Origin: an uncultured Lentisphaerales bacterium
GTDB lineage: Bacteria; Verrucomicrobiota; Lentisphaeria; JABSQK01; CAJWLW01
Length of the DNA: 64,000 nt
Direction: 5' to 3'
Assembly: GCA_964460215.1 (NCBI GenBank)
Contig: CAYWQM010000014.1
Span: 892 to 64,891, forward strand
Of the stretch, positions 28,715 to 38,015 are shown piece by piece; the first letter of the stretch is position 1; every line of letters begins with the position of its first letter. The notes below the pieces were generated by a model. That model had not been told where the DNA came from and searched no databases. It saw only the letters and a list, made by a program, of their open reading frames with translations. Position numbers and translations under genes: made by a program.

Positions 28715-30094
28715 TCAACGCTTTTTCTCGAAGGTGGGCAGCATGCCGCGGGAATTGGCCATGAGCGACTTCAGCATCTTCTCGGCGCGTTGCGGCGGGA
28801 TGGCGCACGCATCGACCTGCATCGCCTGCAACGCCAGTCGCCGGTCGCCGGTCACCGCCGCATCGACGACGAGCTCCTGCCAGGCAATAAGCTGACGCAG
28901 CATCAGCTCGAGCGCCGGCGGCGCCGTGCCGGCATGAACCGGACGGACGCCGGCCGAATCAGTGACTGCCTCGAGCTCGAGCACTGCTTCGGCAGGCAGG
29001 TTCGGTACGGCGCCGCGGTTCGGCACGTTACAGATGTGCACGCGCCGCCGTCCGGCCGCGATATCGGTGATGAGGCGGGCGGTGCCCTCGGCAGTTGTTT
29101 CGCTCTCCGGTTCGTCCGGCAGCTCGACGCGGGCCAGGCCGGCGGCGTAGTCCTTCAGCATCTGCTTGCGGCTGACCATCTGATCCTGCTGCCGCAGATT
29201 CTCCAGTGTCTCCTTGCCGTTGTAGAGGGCCTGCACGGGTTGGGCATAGTAGTTGTCATTCAGGGCGAACGGCAGGTTGTTCTGATCGGCCTGCGTCAGA
29301 TAGGGGTAGAACTCGATCAAATGGTCATCTTTCGGATATACGAGCCAGTGGCCGTACACCTCGCTGAGTGCGGTCGTCATTTGGTGTTCCGGGTTCGCTT
29401 TCAGACGACGCACGCACTGGCGAAATCGCGGTATGACATCCTTGCCCCGGTGCCGCATCCGGGTAAACCAGTGGTAATGATTCGTACCGATCCAGACCGT
29501 CTCTAGCTCATCCGCCGGGATACCAAGAATGCGAGCCGCATTGGCGATGCCGTTCTGGACGCCGTGACAGATTCCGACGATGCAAGGCACATCGGAATAC
29601 TTCTCCATCGCCCGGCACAACGCTGCCATGGGGTTGGCATGGTTGAGCAACAAGGCGCCCGGCGCATGCTTCTCCATGGCGCGACAGATCTTCATGTGGA
29701 TCGGGATGCTGCGAAACGCCGCCATCATCGCTGCCGGTCCGGCCGTGTCACCGACGACCTGGGGCACGCCGTGTTGCGAACAGATCAGCTTGTCTCCGAG
29801 GTGTACCGGTGAACTGTAGTAGCCGGCACTGCCGGAGGCGCCGGCACCGCCGATCGACGTCAGAACGAAATCACTTCCGTCAACTGCTTCCGCCAGGGTT
29901 TTCGCAACGCGGAGCCTGAGGCGCGCACCGGTTTCGCGACTGAAGCGGCGCGCAGTCTTCGCCATCAGTTCGGCGCGCTCGTGGTCGATGTCGTACAAGA
30001 CAATTGTGCTGCCGCGCATCTCTGCGGTCAGCGCAAAATCAGCCAGCGGCCGGACAAAATACAGGCCGCCGCCACCTAGGCAGGAAATTTTCAT
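28715..30094 (-). CDS. Glycoside hydrolase family 4 (NAD+/Mn2+-dependent alpha-glucosidase / 6-phospho-glycosidase type)
   Basis: N-terminal MKISCLGGGGLYF Rossmann motif and GH4 blocks (…CHGV…). AAGAGGA RBS about 12 nt upstream. Confidence 0.85.
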   Translation of the reverse strand: MKISCLGGGGLYFVRPLADFALTAEMRGSTIVLYDIDHERAELMAKTARRFSRETGARLRLRVAKTLAEAVDGSDFVLTSIGGAGASGSAGYYSSPVHLGDKLICSQHGVPQVVGDTAGPAAMMAAFRSIPIHMKICRAMEKHAPGALLLNHANPMAALCRAMEKYSDVPCIVGICHGVQNGIANAARILGIPADELETVWIGTNHYHWFTRMRHRGKDVIPRFRQCVRRLKANPEHQMTTALSEVYGHWLVYPKDDHLIEFYPYLTQADQNNLPFALNDNYYAQPVQALYNGKETLENLRQQDQMVSRKQMLKDYAAGLARVELPDEPESETTAEGTARLITDIAAGRRRVHICNVPNRGAVPNLPAEAVLELEAVTDSAGVRPVHAGTAPPALELMLRQLIAWQELVVDAAVTGDRRLALQAMQVDACAIPPQRAEKMLKSLMANSRGMLPTFEKKR

Positions 30095-30618
30095 GGTCGG
30101 TTTTATCCTCTTGGTCCGAGTCAGATCCTAATTTCTCGTCTTCTGTAATGAAAACAAGGAATTTAACCACGGATGAACAGTGATGAACACGGATCATGTC
30201 GAACGGTGAAGTCATCAATGAACAGCAATTTATATTTTTTCGGGCTGTCGGTGTCCATGCTTTATAGTGAGCCATGAAGCGTTTGACCCTTATCGAGTTA
30301 CTTGTCTATCACTCCGAGAACTGGTTCGCTGCCGGGCCCGATGATTCCGGGACAGCACTCAGTTACGGCTGGAATGTTTTGACTTTCGCCGACTTCGGCG
30401 GAGTTGACTGTGGGTAGACCTGTTGGGAGCCGGCCCCGAATATCGTGAAGCAGTGCAAGTTTGAGAACTCATCGGAAACGATGCACGCGATGGATATGGA
30501 CAGTGCTTACGCGGGAGCGTATATCGAGCCGACGACGTGGTCGGCGATCTGCATCGCCTGGCCGAACTTTAAGACAGGAAATTGGTGGGATGCGACAAAC
30601 ACCCAGGCGCGGGATTAA

Positions 30619-30695
30619 ATGGTGGGCGGTAATGGACTCGAACCATCGACCTCCTGGATGTAAACCAGATGCTCTAGCCAACTGAGCTAACCGCC
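30619..30695 (-). tRNA. tRNA-Val (anticodon UAC), with CCA encoded
   Basis: Reverse complement: GGGCGGTTAGCTCAGTTGGCTAGAGCATCTGGTTTACATCCAGGAGGTCGATGGTTCGAGTCCATTACCGCCCACCA. 7-bp acceptor stem, D-arm GCTC/GAGC, anticodon stem TCTGG/CCAGG with loop TTTACAT (U33, anticodon TAC, A37), T-arm GATGG-TTCGAGT-CCATT. Confidence 0.85.
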
Positions 30696-30758
30696 CGCTG
30701 TTTTGGGTTCGGCAGGCACCGGTGACAGTGCTGGCCGATTGTTAGGATAACATACCCG

Positions 30759-30772
30759 AGGTCGGCTGAAAT
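30759..30772 (+). promoter_or_regulatory. Copy 1 of a repeated 14-nt motif, AGGTCGGCTGAAAT (extended match about 19/22). The second copy is at 37808..37821.
   Basis: Exact 14-mer shared between two intergenic regions. Chance expectation in 64 kb on both strands is about 5e-4. This copy lies 370 nt upstream of the epimerase gene at 31142. Confidence 0.4.
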
Positions 30773-31141
30773 TGAACCGAGCCCCGGGCAATCTCGCCGG
30801 CCGTAGGCCGAGCCGATCGTTCGCCAGGTCCCGATTGTGTGCCGGCACAGGCATCGAATACTCGGGATATCACCGCGTTGCGACCTTCCCCGCCCGCCTG
30901 TAAAATGTTGAGATCGACAACGACTGCTGATTCGGGGCAATCCCCATCTCGATTCCCCACAGGTCACCGATAACTCGACAGATTGCAAAGGCCGTCCCGT
31001 AGAATTCCATCAATCTGCGGGTGAATAATTCTGTGAGCAATAGGATTGCCCGCTTGGTTGCTTTCGCTTCTTGAATGGTGGAACAGGGGCAACTAATTTG
31101 AATCCGCCTTATCACATCAGCTCAACAAGGACATCCAAGAC

Positions 31142-32146
31142 ATGAACGTATTAGTTATCGGCGGCACCGGGAATATCAGCCTTGGGATTGTCGCGGCGTT
31201 GCTGAAACAGAATCACGAGGTTGTGATGTTCAACCGCGGACAGAACCCCGATCCGCCACCACCGGGTATAAGGGTTATTCACGGGGATCGCTACCGGCGC
31301 GAGGATTTCGAACAGAAGATGCAGGCCGAAAAGTTCGACGCGGTCATCGACATGATCTCCTATAGCGCTGATGATGCTGCCTCGGCTCTTCGGGCGTTTC
31401 GCGGGCGGGTCGATCATTTCATTCACTGTTCGACGGTGATGACCTATGGTCCGCCGTTCCCGTGCAACTGCATCAATATTGAGGAAAGCGCCCCGCTCAA
31501 TGGTACGTCCGATTATGGTCTCGGCAAGATTGCTGCCGACCAGTTGTTGCTGGAGGCGCACGCCGAGGATGGATTTCCGGTGACTGTTCTCAAGCCCTCC
31601 TATACGCATGGGCCGGGCATGAAGGTGTATCGGCAGCTCGGGAACGGTGGGGAATGGATCGATCGTCTGCGCAAGGGGAAGCCGATTCTCTCAGTGGGCG
31701 ACGGGCTGAACTATTTCCAGTTTCTCGCTTCGCGCGATGCCGGGGTTGGTTTTGCCGCCGCGCTCGGGAGATCGCAGTGTTTCGGTGAGGTTTACAACAT
31801 CGTTCACCCGCAGGCGCGGACATGGGACGAGTGGCACCGTATCGTTGCCGAAGCATTGGGCGTTAAAGCCGAGATTGTCCACGTCCCGCAAGATACGTTG
31901 ATTGCCGTTGACCCTGAACGGTTTGGTGATTTGCGGCAGAACTTCGCACACACGCAGATATACAGTGGTGCGAAGCTTGCCAGGGATGTCCCGGAGTTTC
32001 AGCCGACGACGCCTCTTGTAGAGAGCGTTGCGGCGAACATCGAGTGGATGGACAAGCACAGTCTTGTCCCCGACAGCGACGCCGATGACCTCGAGGATCG
32101 GATCATCGCAGCGGTCGAAAACCTTCCAACCAAGGTCGCATCATGA
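31142..32146 (+). CDS. NAD-dependent epimerase/dehydratase family protein (extended SDR)
   Basis: N-terminal MNVLVIGGTGNISLGIV (GxxGxxG). 334 aa. AAGGACA RBS upstream. Confidence 0.85.
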   Translation: MNVLVIGGTGNISLGIVAALLKQNHEVVMFNRGQNPDPPPPGIRVIHGDRYRREDFEQKMQAEKFDAVIDMISYSADDAASALRAFRGRVDHFIHCSTVMTYGPPFPCNCINIEESAPLNGTSDYGLGKIAADQLLLEAHAEDGFPVTVLKPSYTHGPGMKVYRQLGNGGEWIDRLRKGKPILSVGDGLNYFQFLASRDAGVGFAAALGRSQCFGEVYNIVHPQARTWDEWHRIVAEALGVKAEIVHVPQDTLIAVDPERFGDLRQNFAHTQIYSGAKLARDVPEFQPTTPLVESVAANIEWMDKHSLVPDSDADDLEDRIIAAVENLPTKVAS

Positions 32147-32913
32147 GTAACCGGCGCGTGTTGATAACCGGTGGTGCGGGATATTTGGCAGGATTCATCG
32201 TGGACGCTTTGCGTGACACCTGTGAACTCACTCTGCTGGACCGGGTGCCGCCGCCGGACTCGGATCCACGGGCGGACCTCCCGTTCGTGAAAGCCGACAT
32301 CACCTGTTACGACCAGGTGCAGGCGGCCTGTAAAGGCCAGGAGCTGGTGATTCATTTGATTGCCCTGGTTCGTGATCGATTCGGAGTGCCTGCCGATGTT
32401 TACTGCGATGTGATGGTGAAGGGTACCTGGCATGTGGCGCAGGCCTGTGTGGAGCAGGGAATAAAACGACTGATCAACATTTCATCTATTGTTGCTTTGG
32501 GTTGGCCGGCTCCTGAGGATATACCAAGCCGTCCGGAAGCCGGCGGCAGATTCGTGGATGGCGACCTGTTTTACGCCCTGTCCAAAGGCCTTGGGGAAGC
32601 CGTTGGCAAAGCTTATCACGAAGCGTATGGGCTGGAAGTGATACACCTGCGTCCGGGCGTCATTGCCGGCGACGGTTTGAACAAAGGTCCGCAATTGCCA
32701 TCCGAGCCAACCGATCACTGGTTCCTGTATGTCGACCCCAGGGATGTGGCGCAGGCCGTTGCCTTGGCCGAAAAGGCAGCAATAAGCTATGGCACCTACA
32801 ACATTGTGGCCGGTCGCGCGGATGGGATGTTTGACTGGTCCGGTGCCGCTCGGGATCTGGGCTATTCACCACAGCATAACTGGCCGGAAATTCCGGAGAG
32901 AGGCGGTTCATGA
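32143..32913 (+). CDS. NAD-dependent epimerase/dehydratase family protein
   Basis: MSNRRVLITGGAGYLAGFIV Rossmann motif, with a YxxxK-like motif (YALSK). 4-nt overlap with the previous gene. Confidence 0.8.
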   Translation: MSNRRVLITGGAGYLAGFIVDALRDTCELTLLDRVPPPDSDPRADLPFVKADITCYDQVQAACKGQELVIHLIALVRDRFGVPADVYCDVMVKGTWHVAQACVEQGIKRLINISSIVALGWPAPEDIPSRPEAGGRFVDGDLFYALSKGLGEAVGKAYHEAYGLEVIHLRPGVIAGDGLNKGPQLPSEPTDHWFLYVDPRDVAQAVALAEKAAISYGTYNIVAGRADGMFDWSGAARDLGYSPQHNWPEIPERGGS

Positions 32914-33605
32914 ATCTGACAGGAAAACGCGTGTTGGTTACCGGCGGTAATCGTGGGCTGGGTTTATCGGTGGTCAAGGCCATGGCCGCGGCCGGTGCAG
33001 AAGTTTTCGCCTGGGGACGTAATCAAGAGGTATTGGCAGAAGCGGCTGAATCATTGAGGGAAATGCCCGGTACCTGCTCCTTTCACCGGGTAGATGTTTG
33101 CGATGAACCGGCAGTGATTGCTGCCGTCGAGGCGATGGGACCGGTCGATGTGCTGGTCAATAACGCAGGGATCGCTCGCACAAGACCGGTCCTGGAAACT
33201 TCGACCGGAGAACTCGAAGACGTTCTGGCGACAAATGTGGTAGGAGCATTTGTTGTCATGCGCGAAATTGCCAGAGGGATGGTCGACAATGATGGCGGGT
33301 TGATCATCAATGTGGCATCGGATGCCGCAATCATGGGGATCAGCGGGATGGGGCCCTATTGTGCCAGCAAGCACGCGCTGCTTGGCATGGGGCGGAGCGT
33401 TTCCGCGGAATTGCGGGAGCACGGTGTTCGGGTTACCACCTTTTGCCCCGGGCCGATCAGTACCGACATTCTGGGGCCGGGAACAGCAAACCCGGACAGC
33501 ATGGACCCGGACGCTCTGGCCGAATTTCTCGTCGGCATCGCCACCCTGGATGCAAGAATTGAGATCCAGGATTTACTGGCCGAACCAATGCCGCCAAGGG
33601 CATGA
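32910..33605 (+). CDS. SDR-family oxidoreductase (classical short-chain dehydrogenase)
   Basis: KRVLVTGGNRGLGL (TGxxxGxG), NNAG, and a catalytic YCASKHAL motif. 4-nt overlap with the previous gene. Confidence 0.85.
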   Translation: MNLTGKRVLVTGGNRGLGLSVVKAMAAAGAEVFAWGRNQEVLAEAAESLREMPGTCSFHRVDVCDEPAVIAAVEAMGPVDVLVNNAGIARTRPVLETSTGELEDVLATNVVGAFVVMREIARGMVDNDGGLIINVASDAAIMGISGMGPYCASKHALLGMGRSVSAELREHGVRVTTFCPGPISTDILGPGTANPDSMDPDALAEFLVGIATLDARIEIQDLLAEPMPPRA

Positions 33606-34024
33606 TTCTTATCACTGTCATCCCATGGGGCTGGGTGTTAAGGATTTGTGGTCGAGTATTGGTAGGCCGGGAACGGTGTTCCACGTGACGTCGGCTTGCC
33701 AAATCGATGTCGCAAGGCGAAAGGGGCGTCGACGATACACGCCAGCTCTCAAGAGTCAATTGCCGTACTTGGGATATGGAGGATGAAATGGATGCAAGGG
33801 ACCAGGTGAGGGAGAAAATCCTCGGTGACGCAGGCGAGCAGTTTTCCTTTGTTTAAGATGGGCGGCGGTCGGAAACATTTATAAAAAACTGGGAACGTCG
33901 TCTGGAAAGTAAAAAGCTGGACGAGAACAAGACGTCACACATTCTGACCTTCACCGATGAGGAAAGCGGGCTGCAGGTTGCATGTGAGGCGATCGAGTAT
34001 GCAGACTTCCCGGCGCTCGACTGG

Positions 34025-35815
34025 GTGATGCGGTTCAGGAATAACGGCCAGACAGATTCGGCTATTCTGGAGGATGTGCTGCCTTTGGATGTTGCCTTTG
34101 GGGCGGAGAAGGAAAGTAACGTTTTTCTTCATTATCCGCGGGGCAGCTCGGCGACCCGGGAAGATTTCAGTCCGGTCGAGGTGCCACTGACTTTGGCAAG
34201 CAGCAAGACGCTTGGCTGTATGGGCGGCAGATCGTCGAACGCCGGAGATGCTCCGCCCGACAATGAAGGGGCGATGCCCTTTTTTAATCTGCAATTCGAC
34301 GATGGTGGGATTATCCTTGCCATTGGCTGGTCCGGCTCCTGGAAGGCACAGTTCGAGCGCGACACACAGAGCGTTTTGAGTGTGCAGGGGGGGATGGAGC
34401 ACACGCGCCTGAAACTCTTGGCTGGTGAAGAAATCCGCACGCCGAGGATATTGATGCTTTCCTGGGAAGGTGCGCGGTTGAAGGCTCATAACCAGTTTCG
34501 CAAACTGGTCCTGGCTCATTACACGCCGCTGCAGGCAGGCAAGCCGGTGCAGATGCCGTTTTCCGCTAATTCCTGGTCACTGCACAATTGCGGCTGTGAA
34601 GTATCGGAAGAGAATCAGATTGACCTTATCCGCAAGTACAAAGCCAAGAAGATTCCTCTGGAATGTTACTGGCTGGACGCGGGTTGGTACGAAGGGGTCG
34701 ACGGTGTAGAGCGCTGGGGCGAATGTGTCGGGAACTGGTCCCCCAAGAAACGGACATTTCCCAACGGATTCCGGGCGCTTGCCGATGAGGTCGCCAAAGC
34801 CGGGCTCGGATTCGTGCTGTGGTTCGAGCCGGAGCGTGCCAAGCCCGGAACTCAGATGTACGAGGAGTTTCCGCAATGGATGATTATGCCGGACGAGGAC
34901 ATCATCAGGGCAAGGCGGAAGACGCTGCAGTGGGAACAGCCGTGGACCGACAAGGTGGAGGCGCTCCCGGACTTCGGCAATCCGCAGCTAAGGGAATGGT
35001 TCACCGATCACGTCTCTTCGATGATCGAGGAATACGGCGTCACGGTGTTTCGCCAGGATTTCAATTTCGACCCGGCGGCATATTGGCGTCTGGCCGATGG
35101 TGAGGACCGGGAAGGGATTACAGAGATACGCTTTATCGAAGGCCTCTATGAATTCTGGGAAGAACTGGTCCGGCGACATCCGGGTTTGCTGATCGATAAT
35201 TGCGCCAGTGGCGGGCGGCGGATAGATCTGGAAACCATGGCGAGAAGTGTTGCTCTCCACCGCACCGACAATGCCGGTGAGCCGGAAGCGGCACAATCCC
35301 AGACGATGGGGATCAATCTCTACTATCCATGCGCTGGCACCGGTATTTTCGCGGATTCGGGCACGGTGGATAGATATTATTTTCGAAGTTGCCTGGCCGC
35401 AGGGATGCAAATTGCCTGGGACATTTATTCGGATGATCTTGATTCAGCGGCAGCATGCGAGATCGTCGAGGAATTCAAGTTGCTGAGACCGTTGTATTAT
35501 GGAGATTTTTACCCGCTTACCGTTGAGAATTGCAGCAGAATCAGTGATGTGTGGTGCGCCTACCAGTTGCATCGGGAAGATTTGAACCAGGGGGCCGTAG
35601 TTGCTTTTCGCAGAGAAAACAGCCCGTACCCTGTGGCGAAGTTGAAGCTGCATGTGCTGGATGCGGCAGGCACCTATGAATGCACCGATATCGACACGGA
35701 TGACAAGACCGTATTTACGGGTGAGGAACTGATGGAAGAAGGTCTCGAGATTGTCATGGCACAGGCGCCGGACTCGAAGATCTTCATGCTCGATGCGATC
35801 AGGGACCATCGCTAA
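34025..35815 (+). CDS. Glycoside hydrolase family 36 alpha-galactosidase (short form, without the N-terminal beta-sandwich domain)
   Basis: GH36 signature blocks YWLDAGWY and IDNCASGGRRIDLE (CxxGGGR nucleophile region). The ORF starts at GTG 34025 / ATG 34028. An in-frame open, protein-like stretch upstream (33857-34024) contains no ATG/GTG/TTG. Confidence 0.8.
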   Translation: MMRFRNNGQTDSAILEDVLPLDVAFGAEKESNVFLHYPRGSSATREDFSPVEVPLTLASSKTLGCMGGRSSNAGDAPPDNEGAMPFFNLQFDDGGIILAIGWSGSWKAQFERDTQSVLSVQGGMEHTRLKLLAGEEIRTPRILMLSWEGARLKAHNQFRKLVLAHYTPLQAGKPVQMPFSANSWSLHNCGCEVSEENQIDLIRKYKAKKIPLECYWLDAGWYEGVDGVERWGECVGNWSPKKRTFPNGFRALADEVAKAGLGFVLWFEPERAKPGTQMYEEFPQWMIMPDEDIIRARRKTLQWEQPWTDKVEALPDFGNPQLREWFTDHVSSMIEEYGVTVFRQDFNFDPAAYWRLADGEDREGITEIRFIEGLYEFWEELVRRHPGLLIDNCASGGRRIDLETMARSVALHRTDNAGEPEAAQSQTMGINLYYPCAGTGIFADSGTVDRYYFRSCLAAGMQIAWDIYSDDLDSAAACEIVEEFKLLRPLYYGDFYPLTVENCSRISDVWCAYQLHREDLNQGAVVAFRRENSPYPVAKLKLHVLDAAGTYECTDIDTDDKTVFTGEELMEEGLEIVMAQAPDSKIFMLDAIRDHR

Positions 35816-37556
35816 GTGGTGCAATGACCGCATGTCCGGCCGTCTCGCGGTGTTGTTGAATGGCTGCGGCAACCGGGGAAGGAACCTCCTCACCACGGTC
35901 GCGGCGTTTGTCGATTTCCTCGAGAGCCCGGAACAGCGTGTGGCAGGCTTCCTCGTACCCCTGACCGGTAAACCGCGAGACCAGGCGCGTGCCCCGGTCG
36001 ATCAGTTTCTTGTTGCTCGGGGAGACCCAGACCATGCAGTTTCCAATGACCCGGTCCATGCGGCACATGGTGGCGGTTGACACGGTGTTCATGACCAGCT
36101 TGACCGCGAGATGATCCCAGAGCTCGAGTGGACTTGCGGCACAGTCGCAGTCGACATGAAAGTCCGGGGCGTCACCGGCGACGCGGTTGCCTATGTGCAA
36201 TACACGGGCCTGCTCATAAGCCAGCCGATCGTCCGGCCCCGCACATTCGTCGCCTGCGAGCAAACGGATACAGGCCGATCCCTCGCCGCTGCGCTGCTCG
36301 TCCAGTGTGCAGCCGATTTCGAACTTGTACAGCTCCGCATTGTTCAGCGTCGGCGGTTCGGTCAACAGGTTGGGCGGTGCCTTCATCTCCTCGTAGTCCT
36401 TTCGGGTCCAGGTCAGCCCCCGGGGCGCGCGCTCGAGTAAAGACATCCAGGCTGCTTCTGTCGACCGGCTCGGGTGTTTGGTAAAAGCCCAGGACAGGGG
36501 TGAGCGCTGATCATCACGCTGCCGAAATGGCGGGACCATGAAGGTTGGCGACCGTTCAGTGGTATCTGTCAGGACGTCCAGGAGAAACGCCTCTGCGTAA
36601 TAGGTCAATAAGCCCTGCTGTTCGTAGAGGGTCTGCTCAAAGGTTGTCAACCGGGCGAGCACGTCGATACGTTGTCTGATGCCGCCCACCAGCCTGTCGA
36701 ACGTATCGGCGTAACATTCGATGGGAGGCGCCAAGGCGGCGTATTGGCTTTCGGGAAGCGTTGATTTCAGGAAAGCCAACAGTGCCTGCTCGAGGGCTGC
36801 GCCGATAATCAGGAGTTCACATGTCGTGGCCTGCATCCGGGTCGACCCCATGATCGCCATCGGTCCGGTGGCCAGGTCCAGTTTAGTAATAGCACGTTCT
36901 TCAATGACCTCCCTGGAACGCTGCACCTCATGGGCCAATAGCCCGGTGGGGTTGTTGTAGACAAAGAATACCTCCGCACCCCGATCGAGCCCCTCCCAGG
37001 CAGTGCCGATAACAAACGATGTTTCACCGCCCTCTGTGATTGCAACCACGACGTCCCCGCCGGCCACCCCCGTTTCACGCAGCTGGCGGCGTCCGAAATC
37101 CTCGAAATCCTCAAAACCCTCAACCGATTTGATCAGGGCAAAATCGCCGCCGGCCATAACGCTGAGCACAAGGTCGGCATAGCCCCGGGAGTCGAGCGAC
37201 AAGCCGTTCAGCTTGTCTGGAAGACGTCGCCAGAAGCGGCGCCAGCAGGCTTCCAGCAAGATACTCAAGCGACCTGTGGCACCACAACCGGTGAAGACAA
37301 TTCGCCGCTTTTCGCGTATGGCCCGTTCAAAAGCACAGCGCAAGCGGTCAAACCCGGATGATCGCAACACCGATCTGACAACCGGTGCAATGTCATCATC
37401 CACCGACAACAGGATATCCAAGCCGTCTTCGAGGCTTGTGGCGATTGTTTCAGCCAGGCTTTCTGTCTTTGGGTGCGAACCTTCGGTGTCCAGGGCGCCG
37501 AGGCGAAAAGCCCTGTCATGTTCGAGAAACGCTTCGGCTTGTTGATTGGAATTCAT
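35799..37556 (-). CDS. Double-SIS-domain protein of the GCKR / N-acetylmuramic acid 6-phosphate etherase (MurQ) family
   Basis: 585 aa with MurQ/GCKR-like blocks GCGATGRL, STRMQATT and GNCMVWVSPSNKKLIDR. The length fits the two-SIS GCKR-like architecture. Overlaps the GH36 3' end by 17 nt (convergent). Confidence 0.7.
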   Translation of the reverse strand: MNSNQQAEAFLEHDRAFRLGALDTEGSHPKTESLAETIATSLEDGLDILLSVDDDIAPVVRSVLRSSGFDRLRCAFERAIREKRRIVFTGCGATGRLSILLEACWRRFWRRLPDKLNGLSLDSRGYADLVLSVMAGGDFALIKSVEGFEDFEDFGRRQLRETGVAGGDVVVAITEGGETSFVIGTAWEGLDRGAEVFFVYNNPTGLLAHEVQRSREVIEERAITKLDLATGPMAIMGSTRMQATTCELLIIGAALEQALLAFLKSTLPESQYAALAPPIECYADTFDRLVGGIRQRIDVLARLTTFEQTLYEQQGLLTYYAEAFLLDVLTDTTERSPTFMVPPFRQRDDQRSPLSWAFTKHPSRSTEAAWMSLLERAPRGLTWTRKDYEEMKAPPNLLTEPPTLNNAELYKFEIGCTLDEQRSGEGSACIRLLAGDECAGPDDRLAYEQARVLHIGNRVAGDAPDFHVDCDCAASPLELWDHLAVKLVMNTVSTATMCRMDRVIGNCMVWVSPSNKKLIDRGTRLVSRFTGQGYEEACHTLFRALEEIDKRRDRGEEVPSPVAAAIQQHRETAGHAVIAPLSDGP

Positions 37557-37807
37557 GGTTTCACGCCTGGGTTGCAGCCGGAGTCTCCAGAATGTCCGCT
37601 TCGACGGGCATTGCCTTGATCTCGATCAATTTCCGCATTTTGGCCGGATCGTCCGCAAGTAGGTGACAAGGAGTTGCCGTGTCCGGACTGAACGTAACAT
37701 GACACCTCGCCGCCGATCCTCCACTGCACCGGTGCCTGGATCATATCGCTGCCGTCGATACTATGCTGACCGGTAGACCGACAAACTGAGCCCATTGATA
37801 GACCTGC

Positions 37808-37821
37808 AGGTCGGCTGAAAT
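37808..37821 (+). promoter_or_regulatory. Copy 2 of the repeated motif AGGTCGGCTGAAAT. It is immediately preceded by a perfect 12-bp palindrome GACCTGCAGGTC (37801..37812), and a GTAGAC-N4-GTCTAC inverted repeat lies about 75 nt downstream.
   Basis: Read directly. It sits in the 460-nt divergent region between the GCKR-like gene (minus) and the TPR gene (plus, start 38016). Confidence 0.4.
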
Positions 37822-38015
37822 GCAATCGAAGTTCCAGTGGCGGGTCATTGCAAACGATGCCCGTCTAGATACATTAATCTTTTGCTGTAGACCGGTGTCT
37901 ACAGGCACATTCCTCACGTGCCAAACCGGTTTTGTGGTGTTCCACCACTCGTGCTGCCCTATCTGCGGGTAAGCATGTGGTCGGGACAATTGTCATTTGC
38001 AACCAGGACGGAGTC

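Noticed and set aside
30550-30620. Possible att-site duplicate of the tRNA-Val 3' end, indicating an integrated element
   Set aside because: Only a 7-nt tggtggg match was found nearby. There is no integrase/recombinase gene in the window.
30461-30685. Short ORFs on both strands (30461..30685 +, 30469..30681 -) overlapping tRNA-Val
   Set aside because: The region folds into a canonical tRNA cloverleaf with correct anticodon-loop features. The ORFs are incidental.
37808-37823. Repeated motif considered as a sigma-54 (-24/-12) promoter
   Set aside because: GG and GC elements are 11 nt apart rather than the required 10. The second copy lacks the GC element.
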